Part shown: in pieces, positions 12,480-24,258 of the stretch | Numbering within the stretch: position 1 is the stretch's first letter | How the letters are laid out: each line of letters begins with the position of its first letter | Assembly: GCA_965153455.1 (NCBI GenBank) | Contig: OZ234494.1 | Coordinates: forward strand, 6,386,001-6,450,000 | Length of the DNA stretch: 64,000 bases | Reading direction: 5' to 3' | From: Sphagnum compactum | Taxonomy: Eukaryota | Translations under genes and position numbers: made by a program | Notes under the pieces: model-generated | What the model was told of the DNA's origin: nothing | The model's input: the letters and a program-made list of their open reading frames with translations, nothing else | Databases searched by the model: none

Positions 12480-13700
12480 ATCAAGAGGTGTTCTATTAGG
12501 GTTCTACATTTTCAAATGTGAAAGATTGTGAAACAATACATCAAACTCTACAAACCAAAGACTTGCATTGCAATGCAAAAAAAAACTTGGATGACATTTT
12601 CCTTTTTAAAAAGTCCTTATATTTCTTTTAAAACTTTATTACAAGTGGAATTTCTTTCACTAATAAGAACTTGTTAGTTATGGATGGGCAGGGTAGTCAT
12701 GTTGCCCTTGCATTATGAGAAATCATGTCCTTTGCAACTTGCCCTATGCAACTAAAAAATGTCCTTTAGAACTAGTTTGCAAACTAGTTCTAAAAGACAT
12801 TTTTTAGTTGCATAGGGCAAGTTGCAAAGGACATGATTTCTCATAATGTTGAAGCAATACAACAAGCACAAGAATTTAGATTAAACATGACTTTTTACCC
12901 TTCCATACATCACATGTTCTACAACAATTAAATATATCTTGTTTCAAGCCATTTAAAACATCATTTAGAAAGGTTTAAAATAGAAGCTATGTTTAGAAGC
13001 AATTACATGGAACCAGACAAAATCACTTAAGCTAAATGGGTGAACTAGGCTTTAAAGAAATCACTCGATCACCAAAAAAAAAAAGGTTTGAATTCGAGGC
13101 TGTAAGTATATGGTCTTTCAACCCCAAGGCAATGGATAACAAGACTCAACTTTAAGATATTTACATAGTAGCAAATATCAACAACCAAGGGAGTGAAAAA
13201 AATTACACATGAGATGAACAAGTTAATCATAAGTAGCAATGGGAATCTATTGCGATAAATTTTTTTCTTATAAGTGAAATAATTCTTCAAACAATGCTAC
13301 AAATCTTCCTCCTTATGAGTCAAAAACCAACTTGTGCTATCATGTAGATATGTCAAATAGAGCCCTACATAATGATATAAAAATTAGCCAAAAGATATCC
13401 ATGTTCTAAACCTTGATAAACTAATCATGATTTACCGCAAAAAAATCATAAACCTTCAAATTTGACCCAAAAATCCATGAATTTGCACAACTTGTTGTTG
13501 TTACCTCATTTACCTACAAAACAAACAAAAGATCCACTAATTAATTATTCCTAATCACACCATGTCACATGTTGTGAACTTTGCTAAATACCTAAAAATC
13601 TTAAGAAAAAAACCATGAACAACGCAAATGCAAAAGAAATCAAAGGAGGCTAAAGGAATGGGAAAATAAATGGGTGAAAAAAGCAATGGATTTAGGGATT
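12480..13700 (+). mobile_element. Decayed pogo/Tc1-mariner (DDE_1) transposase remnant
   Basis: Frameshifted fragments read G.L.GFYIF, C.AMQKK.WMT, LLVMDGQGSHVALEAIQQAQEF and a degenerate LP.HTSH.LQ.L....FKPFK segment, which are typical pogo-type DDE motifs. Many stops; boundaries approximate. Confidence 0.75.
12711..12848. mobile_element. 138-bp palindromic non-autonomous CACTA-type element with 3-bp target-site duplication (TTG)
   Basis: Two 69-bp arms with one mismatch and no loop; termini CATTATGAGAA...TTCTCATAATG; TTG on both sides. Removing the element plus one TTG restores ...SHVALEAIQQ in the host transposase. Confidence 0.85.
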
Positions 13701-14059
13701 GTTGCAAATAAAATAAATCAAAAATTCATTATAGCCTAATTGCCAACAATTATAAAGGAAATAAGTGACCAATTTCATGATCAAATTTTTTAGGTAGGCT
13801 TGTGGACAACTCCACACAAATGTAAGGTGTGAATCTTGGATGCACATTAGTAACCCAACAAAAGGCTAATTAGTAAGCACATGCTACACATCAAGTAAGA
13901 AGGTGCCAAACAACAAGGTTGCAACTTTATAATGACTAAGTAAAAAAGGGAAAAGTGGTCACCATTAGGACCAACAAAAGAACAAAATTCCTACATCACC
14001 ATGACTAGAAACAAAACCTCCATTAAGATGAATGGGGCCACCAAGATACAAAACAATTA

Positions 14060-14430
14060 AAGAACATTTGGGACTATCAAAAATGAACTTGGGACATCAA
14101 GATGCAAGAAAGGGCATGAACACTTGGGATCACCAAGACACAAAGAAGGGCATGAACACTTGGGATCACCAAAACACAAAAAAGAGCATGAACACTAAAA
14201 ACCACCAAAAAGATGACACTACGAGATAATGGAAATGAACGAAAGAATTCAAAAGAAAAATATGACACCATAAGAGCATGGAGACAAACTAAAAAGTTCA
14301 AAAACACAAGATGATACCACAAGCCCATGGAGATTAACTAAAAGTTTGAAAATGTAAGATAACACCCCAAGAACATGGAGATGAACTAAAAGTTCAAAAA
14401 TGTAAAATGGCATTATAAGAGCATGGGAAT
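14060..14430. repeat. Minisatellite cluster: 33-bp unit, then a ~48-54-bp unit
   Basis: gggcatgaacacttgggatcaccaagacacaaaga about 3-4 times (14085-14215), followed by gagcatggagac.aactaaaaagttcaaaa.. repeats. Confidence 0.8.
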
Positions 14431-15589
14431 AAATTGAATAAGACTTACAAAGCATAAGAATGCAAAAGTGTTGTGAAAAGGAGGAGCTCAAGTAAGGCAA
14501 AGCTTGGAAACCTTCAAGTTTGGCATGCCAAGCTTGGAATTTGGAAAGGACTAAAGCAATTAGTGAGGAGACTGCCCACAAACATATAATGGGTTTATTG
14601 AATGGGATGCTAAACACACACTAGCTACTATTGATTTCGAGGCATTAAATTAGCTTACTTCTAGCCCACATGTTTAAAATTGATCGCATATATTGAAGAT
14701 CTTATACATTTTGTTTTTCATCCATTTGGGTGATGGGGGTAGGTAACATCTATTAGGTAGCATGTGTTTGTTTGTGGTAAGCGCAAATTAAATCCTAAAA
14801 ATATTCATTGCCTATTTAAAACAATACAAAATTTCAATCAATGTTCCATTTTAACACTTAAAATTTATGGTTTCATTATGCAAACAATTTTAATGGATTA
14901 TTTTTACACAATTTTTCCTTACAGCTACTAGTTATTCTACTCAGTTATTTCCTTACTTAAACAAAATTTGTGGTTAGAATACAATTAAATTTCTCAAAAA
15001 CCCAAAACATGACAAATACATAATAAAAATCCATGTTTCTTCATCAAATCTTTTTACTCAGAATTGAACGTATCAGCAATCTATAGTTTTAAAAAATAGA
15101 AATCAAAGTTGAAAACATGAAAAAATATGGTTTTTCAATACCAACAAAACTTTTAATTCAAAATGTGTGTCTCTATATAACTCTAGTAGCTCTTTTCGCC
15201 TAACTTTGTGTGTAAAACAACAAGTCCTAAACTCCAAAAATTTCCAAAACCTCATCCTAGATCACTTCCTTCCAAAAGTAAGTCAAAATTAAAATGTTCA
15301 ATAGTTTTAATCCTATCCAACTCCTTCATTGCCTTGGTTAATCCCTGCCATTCTCCTTATCTATTTTGTCTTGGTTAATCATTACCATACACTAGGTAAC
15401 ATTACCCTCCCTCCACTTTGGATTTTGTCCTCAAAATCCTTGCTTTAGTAAAAAAAAATTATTTATCAGATCACTATGTCAATCGTCTATGGCTTGGTTT
15501 GTTCCTCCTAAATTGCTGGTATTACTACCTGCACCTCAATTATGCATGACCTTCAACTTTTGTACTCACTTATTTTACTGGAAATTTAA

Positions 15590-17170
15590 AATAATTATAA
15601 TAAATTATTTTATTTATTATTTGTTACATCTTATTTAAAATGACTAAATAATATTACATTATAAAATTTCAAATTAATTAAAATGATAGTTCCCAATCAT
15701 AAAAAAATAAGTATTGTATTTACAACATTTATGTTTTAATACTAATAAAAAAATTCGTATCCTAATTAAAAAGTTATGCCCAATAATTAAGTTTTTTTTT
15801 CCAAAATTTTATAATAATCTTAAAATAATGAGCAAAGTTGATGTAACTATTGTATTTTTTAAAAAAGATACATTTGATCATTGTATGTATTACTCATTAT
15901 TTACTTATTTATAGTAAATTGTTAATATAAAAGCATAAAATTTTATATAATAATAATAATAATTCTATAGTGACATAAAATCATTGTAAAATCATAATTA
16001 ATTACTTAATTTATTTGTAAGTTAGAATTACAATACTTGTATAATAAATTTTTATTGAATAATTATTATCTATAGTTTATAATTTATAAACTTAATTCTT
16101 ATTTAAGTTTCTAAAATAATCATGATTTAATTTAAATGAATAATGTTACGACCATAAATACATGGATTTTAATATAATAAATTAAAATATTTATTTCTTG
16201 TAATTACTTGTTTGTAATATATGACTTTTATAAATAAATATAAATAATTGTATTTATTAATTATAAGGTACACTAAATAGTTATTATTACAACATAGATT
16301 TTTATATTATATAATTCATATTCTTACAATTAAATTAATGAATTATTGTAATTAATGCTACATTATTCTAAAATCATTGTAATTATTTCAGATAAAAATT
16401 ACTTATAGTAATTATTTTGCAATTGAAAATAATTATTCACAATCTGTAATTTATAATTTTAAATCTGAATTAAAATTTTGGTTAAATTTATGTAATTAAA
16501 ATAATTATTGTAATAATTATAGTTGCATGAATTATTATACAATATTTAAAAAAAAAGATTATGTAATTACTTAACTATGATAAATATTTTTATAGTAATA
16601 TTACAGTAATTAAAAGCCATTAATGTATGTTCAGCAGATTATTGTATTTATAGTTATGAATTACGAATAGATAAAAATATTTACTTGACTGATAATGTTT
16701 TTACAATAATAAATGTAATTACATATTAATTACAGTAATTAGTTTAATGTTATTGTTTAGTAAATAATTTGTGTAAGAACTTTTTTTATAATAAGAAACT
16801 ATTGATTCATTATTTTTAATTTGAAAAAAAAATTTTATAATCGTTAATTTTTTAGTATAATAATTAAATCATTTTTACATTAATTATATTATCTATAATT
16901 CGACCAGATTTTTAAAAGTAAGGAAATATTTGAGTTATTTATTTATCTATGAGTTATGTATTGACAAGTTGTGAGTAACTACATAGTTAGTTAGCTAAAC
17001 ATTATGAAGGTATTAGTTATTAAATAATTGATAAATGAATACTTAATATTTGTAGTGTAAGTTTATATTTTAAATATATGCTAAATTTAATAATTATTAT
17101 TTAAATGATTATCCAATTATGTCGTGAGCCATGAATTGTTTATAAATCTTAAAACTAAAAAAAAAGGCAT
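15590..17170. other. Extremely AT-rich low-complexity tract
   Basis: About 1.5 kb almost devoid of C/G, with recurring taattac/gtaatta motifs and no credible ORF. Confidence 0.7.
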
Positions 17171-17379
17171 GAAGAAAGTTTTGAAGTTGTAATTTAGTTT
17201 GTGAAGAAATTACAACTTCGAAACTTATCCCATATTGTTTGTTTTCCATTCCTAATTTGAATACTATATAAAGAAGGGGTGTGGTCATCCAATTTCACAT
17301 TAAAAAATGTGTGCACATGGGATGAGCCATTCAAAATGCTTAAACCAAAACAAAAAGAAAAATGATGCACAATTTTAAA

Positions 17380-17605
17380 CTACTTACCTCCCCAACCTAC
17401 TTATCTACCTACTTAAATAGGTACCTAGTTTGACCTACCCACCTAGGTTGACCTACGTATCTAACTAAGTGCCTACCTATATGAGTAGGTATTTAGTTTA
17501 GGAAGGTAAGACTTACCTAGCTACCTTTTTACCTAAGTTAGTAAATAGGTATTTAGCTTAAGTTTGTAGGCATTTACTTATGTACCTATTTAGGTACCTA
17601 CCAAC
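17380..17605. repeat. Low-complexity acctac/gtaggt repeat patch
   Basis: Numerous tacctac and gtaggta motifs in both orientations. Confidence 0.65.
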
Positions 17606-17943
17606 TTAATATTAATATTTTGTATTAAATTCATTTGAAAATGTCATGTGACATATTTACATTGGGCCATGTGTCATAATATAAATCATGCAAGCATGTG
17701 CATTGAACGTCTCAGATTATTTCAAAATAATTATTTATTTTAAATAATTAAATATTGGGACACATGGCATCACATCTTTTGCCCTCAATAGTGACCAAAA
17801 TATTCGCATTTTAGTTACATGTGACAATACATATATAATGGAGTCAAAGGATGAACTTGTATTTGTTGATTTTTTCTTTCATCCAACACCCTTGTCGTGT
17901 GCGATTAATATTGCATGTAACTTGTCCAAGGTGATTAAAAGGA

Positions 17944-18019
17944 TTTTAGTTGCAAATGTCATTTGCAACTAAAATTTAGTTAGAAAGACCAGTTGAAAAT
18001 AATTGTCTTTCTTTTAGTG
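17944..18019. mobile_element. Right-end remnant of a CACTA-type element related to the 12711 palindrome
   Basis: Hairpin ttttagttgcaaatg-t-catttgcaactaaaa (17944-17974) shares the gcaactaaaa subterminal motif; the segment ends ...TTTTAGTG (reverse complement CACTA) at 18019. Confidence 0.55.
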
Positions 18020-19113
18020 GTTCGATACAAATTAGGATCTAAAGGCACAAAAAAGGGTATGACATTATACCACATTGGGTATGTTGAAATAGATAGCACA
18101 TTGGTTTTGCCTAGTATAATTGGTGTAACGAGTTGTGACCAAGTTGTTAGATAGGTAACCGGTACTGTTGTATGACCTATATTAGGATTCATGACTTGAG
18201 TTCCTAATACAGACACATTGGGTATTGCTGTTGTAGTGGTTGGAAAAACATGTTGATGAACATTCATCACCTCCTCTTTTAATAATTACCTTAATCAAAT
18301 GGACAATAGTTGAATAGGTGTCTAACTTGTTGAAAATATGAACATGTTACAATTCCTTGGTTTCCTTTAGAAACACATTTGAAATTCTAATTTGTATCAT
18401 GTTTTACTTACCATAAAAGTAAGAATGAATTCTCACACTCACTCCTCATTTGAAAACAAAATTTGTCATCTCAAAAGGTAAGCTTGCTAATGACCAACAC
18501 TAAAGTCTTGTGCAGTATATGATGCACTTTGCAAGTAAGTAGCAACAACAGAAATATCATAGAGGACCCACAACTCTCTTAGGAGACCAATCCCACTTTT
18601 CTATTGTAACTGACATAGTACATAGTACTGAACAAGTTGTATGATTAGAATTGACTTGGGTGTTCATTGCAGAGGAGTTGGTCTTCTAGCTAGCTGGATT
18701 TTTGTGGTTTTTGTCAAGCTTGTCAGAAGCCTTCTAGAACTATCCCCCTGGTTCCTCAATTCTCATTCTCAATTTGCAGAGTAGGTCCATCCATAATTCC
18801 CTGTGACAAAATTTGGCCTCTTTGAACAAGCAACTTGATGCTAGGTTATAGCTTGTTTATGCACTCAAGTCTCAAGGTTGGAAGGGAGGCCAACAAAAAA
18901 AAAAAACCTCTGAATACTGACGACAATCTTCAGTTTACCAAACCATTGTGATTGCTCTCTCCTGGCAATTTTCAGTGAGTTGGCAGACTTGTAGTTTCCC
19001 TCTTTTTTAATCTTCTTCTTTGAACCTGCTTGGCTGTTGCTTACCGCACTCTTGGACTGGGTAAGTTATGACTATACTGTTTGTGCATCATAGTCTCATT
19101 TTCTTATAAACAT

Positions 19114-19172
19114 TTCACTAAAGCTACGTCATTCATACCTTCACTGAAGCTACGTCATTCATACCTTCACTG
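19114..19172. repeat. 26-bp tandem repeat (about 2.3 copies) containing TGACGTA on the minus strand
   Basis: ttcactaaagctacgtcattcatacc / ttcactgaagctacgtcattcatacc / ttcactg. Confidence 0.9.
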
Positions 19173-20649
19173 TAAGAAGGTAGTTTCCCCAGAGAGAGAG
19201 AGAGATGTAGTCTTATTTTGTGAGCGCCAGTTTCATCAGTAGGTGGCCAGGCAGCTGACTGCTGTGCAGAAATCAATCAACGAGGAAGCACCCTAGATTA
19301 ATGCATTAGCTCAGAAATGATTTTCAACTTGTAAAATTTTTCAAGATTTTCTTTAGTGTATTGGCAGGTATGCTTTACGTAGTGTAAAATCGTGTGGGGG
19401 CATTCTGATTTTTATGCTTGAAGTGGAGAGTTCTGGAAGTACTTAAGCGCACCTCCAGCTCCACCACCTCAAGTGGAGCACTTCCTTCTGGAACTCCCCA
19501 CTACTACTCCAAGGGCATTTACTGCATACAAACCCACCCAGGAGGGGGAGCCCAACCAAGTCCAAGTTGGGTTCAAATAGTGTGCTTCACTTGATAACCA
19601 TGTGATTTCTTCCTTACTACAAGTGATTTCTCTACAAGTGAGGAAGGAGCATCTACACAACTAGAGGATTTCTTTTTAGCAAAGAGCCATCACCCTTGTC
19701 AATGATTTCGCTACAAATGGAGCTTCGATGATACGAGTAAAGGATTTCTCTTTAAATTATTGTCACCTGATCTCTATCGCATACCACACATAATACTCGC
19801 CACCCCTTGCCTAGCAAGAAAATTTCTTTCTCTATTTTTTTTTGTATTAGAAGTCCTATTCCTTCCTTGTTTTAGGGTTGTAGGGTTGTAGTGCAATAAA
19901 GTTTGGGAGGTTTACACAAGTGTTGGGTGGGTATATTGATTTTTAATAAGGTATTGTGTATTGTGATGAACCTTGGCAAACTCCATTAAATAAAGCCCCA
20001 CCCATACAAGGGGAAAAGGAAGAACAAAGAGAGAGGACCCAAGTCCAAGCCAGAAGAGAAAAATCCAAAGTGGGTCACAAAGGGGGCAAAGGAACCAAAT
20101 TGTGAGATTTGCAAAATTATCAACCTGGGTAATAAATAGTAAATAGACTAACATTTTACCTTGTTCACATCGTGAGGGTAGGGGTAACTATTTCATCGAT
20201 TACAGCAGGCGCAAGTAAGTAAATTAAAATATTTATACAAGTATGGAACATTTTGAAGTGGAGAAAGGCAATTTCTTGGGCAATTAGCATTGCAAACGTG
20301 AACACATTACTTTTAAACATTGTATTAAGAAATTAACAAAAATGGAATGAAACGAATCAAAATCCTTAAGAATACATTCAAAGAATTCTTTTTTTTGCTG
20401 GCAAATGATAGTAAAATCCAAAGAGGGTTCAAGACCACATGGTAAGAATTTTGTTCAAGGCAATGTAATGAAAAAAAAACAAAACAACAATAACAACAAC
20501 GATAACCATATTCAATAATTAGACATCACAATTTGAGGAAATTCATCATAACCACATGCATTGCAAAATAAAGAAAATGCATTTTATAGATCATATAATG
20601 ATTTTTTCAGATACCCTCTTTTTTACCCACTTCAAAACAATTACTCTTA

Positions 20650-20790
20650 CTTAGTTGCCAAAACTCGTGTCAGACACACACATACTCGCCATGGCTTAGT
20701 TGGCAAAACTCATGTCAGACACACACATACTGGCCATGCGTGCTTAGTTGGCAAAACTCATGTCAGACACACAGATGCTGGTCACGCTTC
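20650..20790. repeat. ~45-48 bp tandem repeat, 3 copies, about 1.2 kb upstream of the peroxidase
   Basis: cttagttg(g/c)caaaactc(a/g)tgtcagacacaca.. starts at ~20650, 20695 and 20743. Confidence 0.85.
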
Positions 20791-21740
20791 GTTTGCACAA
20801 CACACGTCATTGGTGAGGTGGTCAAAATCCAGATCAGCTCATGTGGCCTTTTCCCAACAGCCATTTTCTTGGACCCCACTCCTTCCTTGTCCAGTCAGCT
20901 AGGTCAATGAAAATGAAAACTAGGAATATTCCAAGGATCTTTTTTTGGGGGGAAAGGGAAGCAATTAGGGTTTTTCTTCCAATTATTTATTTATTTATTT
21001 TTTGTTGTCTAAATAAATTGGCGAGTTTTTCTTTCCAAAATATTAGCACATTTAGTCGATTTTTTTACACAAGGAAAAGTAGAAAGTTTCCAAGGAAAGT
21101 TCAATTTCTTTGTCTAAAAAGGACAAAATTTGTGGGAGGACAAAAAGAAAAAAAAAAAAAAAAAACGCATTGGAAGCAATCAAGGAAAGTGCATAACCGC
21201 CCCCAAAGTGGTCCTAACGCGTAACTCCTGACAACACTAAAAACCCCATCCCCAGTGAACATTCCCAAGCAAGAATTTATTTAGAACACCCAAAAATGGG
21301 TACCTACTTCAGGCCAAAGTTAGCCTATTATTATATTAATAATTTATCGGAAATCATTGAATGATTTTAAATTGGTTTTTTTCAGAGGGTACCCCTGTTG
21401 AGTTGACACAGCAGTGAGAACCATTTTTTTTCATTTTTTCAAAAAACAAATTAGGAAAATTTCCTTTTTCTGAGTGTAAATTCAGGTAATGTTGCTATTA
21501 ATTTTGGAAGGAAAAAAATTCACCAAATTTTCGATATTACAGAACTGGAAAAAGAAAAAGAGACAATTTCCGGGAACGGAGAGGGCAATTTCGTAACGGG
21601 CTGTTACATTTAACTCTTCCAGTAAGGACATTAGTGAACAGTTAACGGGATTAAATGGGTAACAGTAAATTCGTGCCAGAACTGTGCTAGGCACGCGCTC
21701 GACACGCTCTTGACACACGCTTCTGCACGTAAAGAACTTT

Positions 21741-21750
21741 AGTATATAGG
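21741..21750 (+). promoter_or_regulatory. Candidate TATA box of the peroxidase gene
   Basis: agTATATAgg about 215 nt upstream of ATG 21961, followed by a pyrimidine-rich leader; an ACGT core (gcacgt) lies at 21725-21730. Confidence 0.4.
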
Positions 21751-21960
21751 TCGCGGCACACGCTCGTCATCTATCGTGTTTTGCGCTTTTTGTTCTCTGT
21801 TCAAGAATTTGTGAGATCTCGCGGAGTGCTGTTAATTCCAGGAATAATTTCCCGTCCGGAATTTGTATCTTGCGAAGAAGTGTGTTCTCAGAATTTGTGT
21901 GTTCTTCTTCTTCTTCTTCGTCGTCTTCTTGGTGGTGGTGGTGATCAACGTTGTGCAAGA

Positions 21961-23505
21961 ATGAGGAAGTTGGTTCCGTTTGATTTGGTTGTTGTTTTGG
22001 TTTTTGTTCTTGGGTCGATTGTGTCTCCTTTCTCTATGGTAGCTGAAGGAGCTCACTTTAGATTTGTGCCGAGATCGCCACGGAATTTGGCTGAAAATAG
22101 TTACAACCACGCGGTCCCTGCATACCTTGCGCCTCCTTTGGAATTTGGTTTTTACTACAAGACTTGTCCGCAGTTTCCCGAGATTGTGAAGAGAGTTGTA
22201 ACAAAAGAATTTGAGCTGAATCCCACTAATGCGGCACCTCAGTTACGTTTGTTTTTCCATGACTGCTTTGTACAAGGGTGTGATGCTTCCGTGCTTCTGA
22301 ACTCGACCAAGGTGAACCAGGCGGAGAAGGACGCGTCTAACAATTTCAGTCTGGGGAACTTCTTTGTCATCGACGAGGTTAAGGAGCAGCTGGAGAAAGA
22401 GTGTCCGGGTGTGGTTTCGTGCGCGGATATCCTTGCGCTGGTCGCTGTCTACTCCATAAAAGCGGTACGTATAAATTTCTCTGGGGAGTTTGCAGCAATC
22501 AAAAGTTTATGGGTTTTATGAGATCTTTGACAGTTCCCATTGCACCTCTGCCGCCAGTGTTTTCAAACATGTGTGTGATTAAGTTTGCTGCTTCAAACAG
22601 ATAAAAAAACTGAATGCGGGCTGGTACTTGTTACTCCGTGTATGCAACAGGCTGGAGGACCGTTGTATGAAATCGAACTCGGACGCAGGGATAGCCTTAC
22701 TTCCTATGCCCCAAGCGCCCAAACGTACCTGCCTGCTTCCAGCCTCAATGTTTCAGGCTTACTTGAAGACCTCCAGACCGTTGGGCTAGACGAAGTCGAT
22801 TTGGTTGCACTTTCAGGCGAGTAATTCATTTCTCACTCACCTTTAAAATTGCCTTTAAAATTTTTATCGACTGCATTAAAGATTTCAATTTGGGTCTGCG
22901 CCTCCTCACCGGATTTAGGTTTTGTATTCACAACGCTGCTTTTAGACAAATGTTTGCAGGATTTTAAATTCTAAATCATCTCCCAGCACAGGATAAAATT
23001 GCCTGACATGATAATAAGCTAGTGCTTTCGGAAATGCGCAGGCGCACACACTATAGGACAAGCTCACTGTAGCAGCATAATCAACCGACTTTACCCACAT
23101 GTCGACTCTCAATACCCCAAGTATTACAGTAAGCAGCTAGTGGCCAATTGCACTGACAACGGCTACCTCAAGCTGCCCAACTACGACAACAACACACAGT
23201 TTTTCAACGACCCGGTAACCCCGCTCCAATTCGACAACCAATACTTCAAGAACTTGAAGGAGAATCTGGGCCTATTCACCACGGACGAGTCTCTGTTCAA
23301 CGACGAGCGCACCAAAAAGCTGGTGGAAACCTTCGCCAGCAACCAGGATGCGTTCTTCAAGCAATTCGGCATCTCTCTCAGAAAGATGGGCAAGATTGGT
23401 GTTCTCACCGGGACTCAAGGCCAGATCCGCAACCAGTGCTGGGTCCGAAACTCCCACAATGTGGACCCGGCTCTCGACCCCACATCCCTCGACTTCGTCA
23501 GCTGA
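21961..23505 (+). CDS. Class III secretory heme peroxidase (~377 aa) with signal peptide and C-terminal extension
   Basis: Exons 21961-22464, 22651-22816, 23042-23505. Distal motif LRLFFHDCFVQGCDASVLL, CPGVVSCADILAL, GRRD, proximal VALSG|AHTIGQAHC, DPVTPLQFDNQYF, KMGKIGVLTGTQGQIRNQC. The second intron has a GC donor. Confidence 0.95.
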
Positions 23506-23554
23506 GTTGAAGCCCCACTTACTGCTTGCTGCTACTGCTTTGCTTCCATTGGAA

Positions 23555-23810
23555 ACTCAACCAGTACTCTCAATAGTTGGCCCAGGTCCACATTAAGATA
23601 TCACTCAGTTCCAGTACACAATAAAAAAAACCACTCAACAACTGTACCAAAGTCCACATTCAAACTCGCTCCCTACCAAACTCAACTGTACTCAAGTCCA
23701 CATTGAAACCTCCTTCAACAGTACCCAAGTCCATATCACAACCTGCTCAACAGTACTCGGGTCCACGTTAAACTGGTTCAACAGTACCAAAGTCCACATT
23801 AAAACTAGCT
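23555..23810. repeat. Degenerate ~32-45-bp repeats in the peroxidase 3' region
   Basis: About six copies of caacagtacc(c)aagtccacatt(a/g)aaac. Confidence 0.75.
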
Positions 23811-23950
23811 ACCTTGTGGGGCTTACTAGGTAGGTAGTTCAGGAAAAAGAATATTGTTACCAAAAAGATTTTCTCTATTTTCTGGTGCACAAACAAAAAT
23901 TTGTTCTTTTTTGATAAAAAGTTTAAAAAAATTGGTGAAATAGTAGTGTA

Positions 23951-24258
23951 ACAATGGATGAATGTTATATGTGTTAGTTTATTTTACAATTTGTAATTTA
24001 TATTGTATAACGGCTTTTCAACCTCTCATCCATTGTGTAACTTTTCATCCATATTACGCAACTTTTCACAATGAAAAGCTGATGAAAATCTTGCATAATA
24101 TGAATGAAAATTACATAATAGACAAATAAAAGTTTGAAAAAATGTTGGATAATATTGAATGAAAAATTACACAATGAATGAGAAGTTGAAAAAACATTTG
24201 TATATTATAAATTACAAGTTGTAAATTAAAATAACATATACAACATTCATCCATTGTG
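23951..24258. mobile_element. Foldback/MITE-like element with ~105-bp imperfect terminal inverted repeats
   Basis: The left arm acaatggatgaatgttatatgtgtta...ctcatccattgtgtaacttttcatcc matches the reverse complement of the right arm gaatgaaaaattacacaatgaatgag...aacattcatccattgt. Confidence 0.75.

Noticed and set aside
17980..18270. 96-aa minus-strand ORF
   Set aside because: It has no recognisable domain and abuts a CACTA end; most likely a TE-derived fragment.
21781..21960. In-frame upstream extension of the peroxidase ORF
   Set aside because: It starts at TTG and runs through CTT/GGT microsatellites typical of a 5' UTR; ATG 21961 directly precedes the signal peptide.
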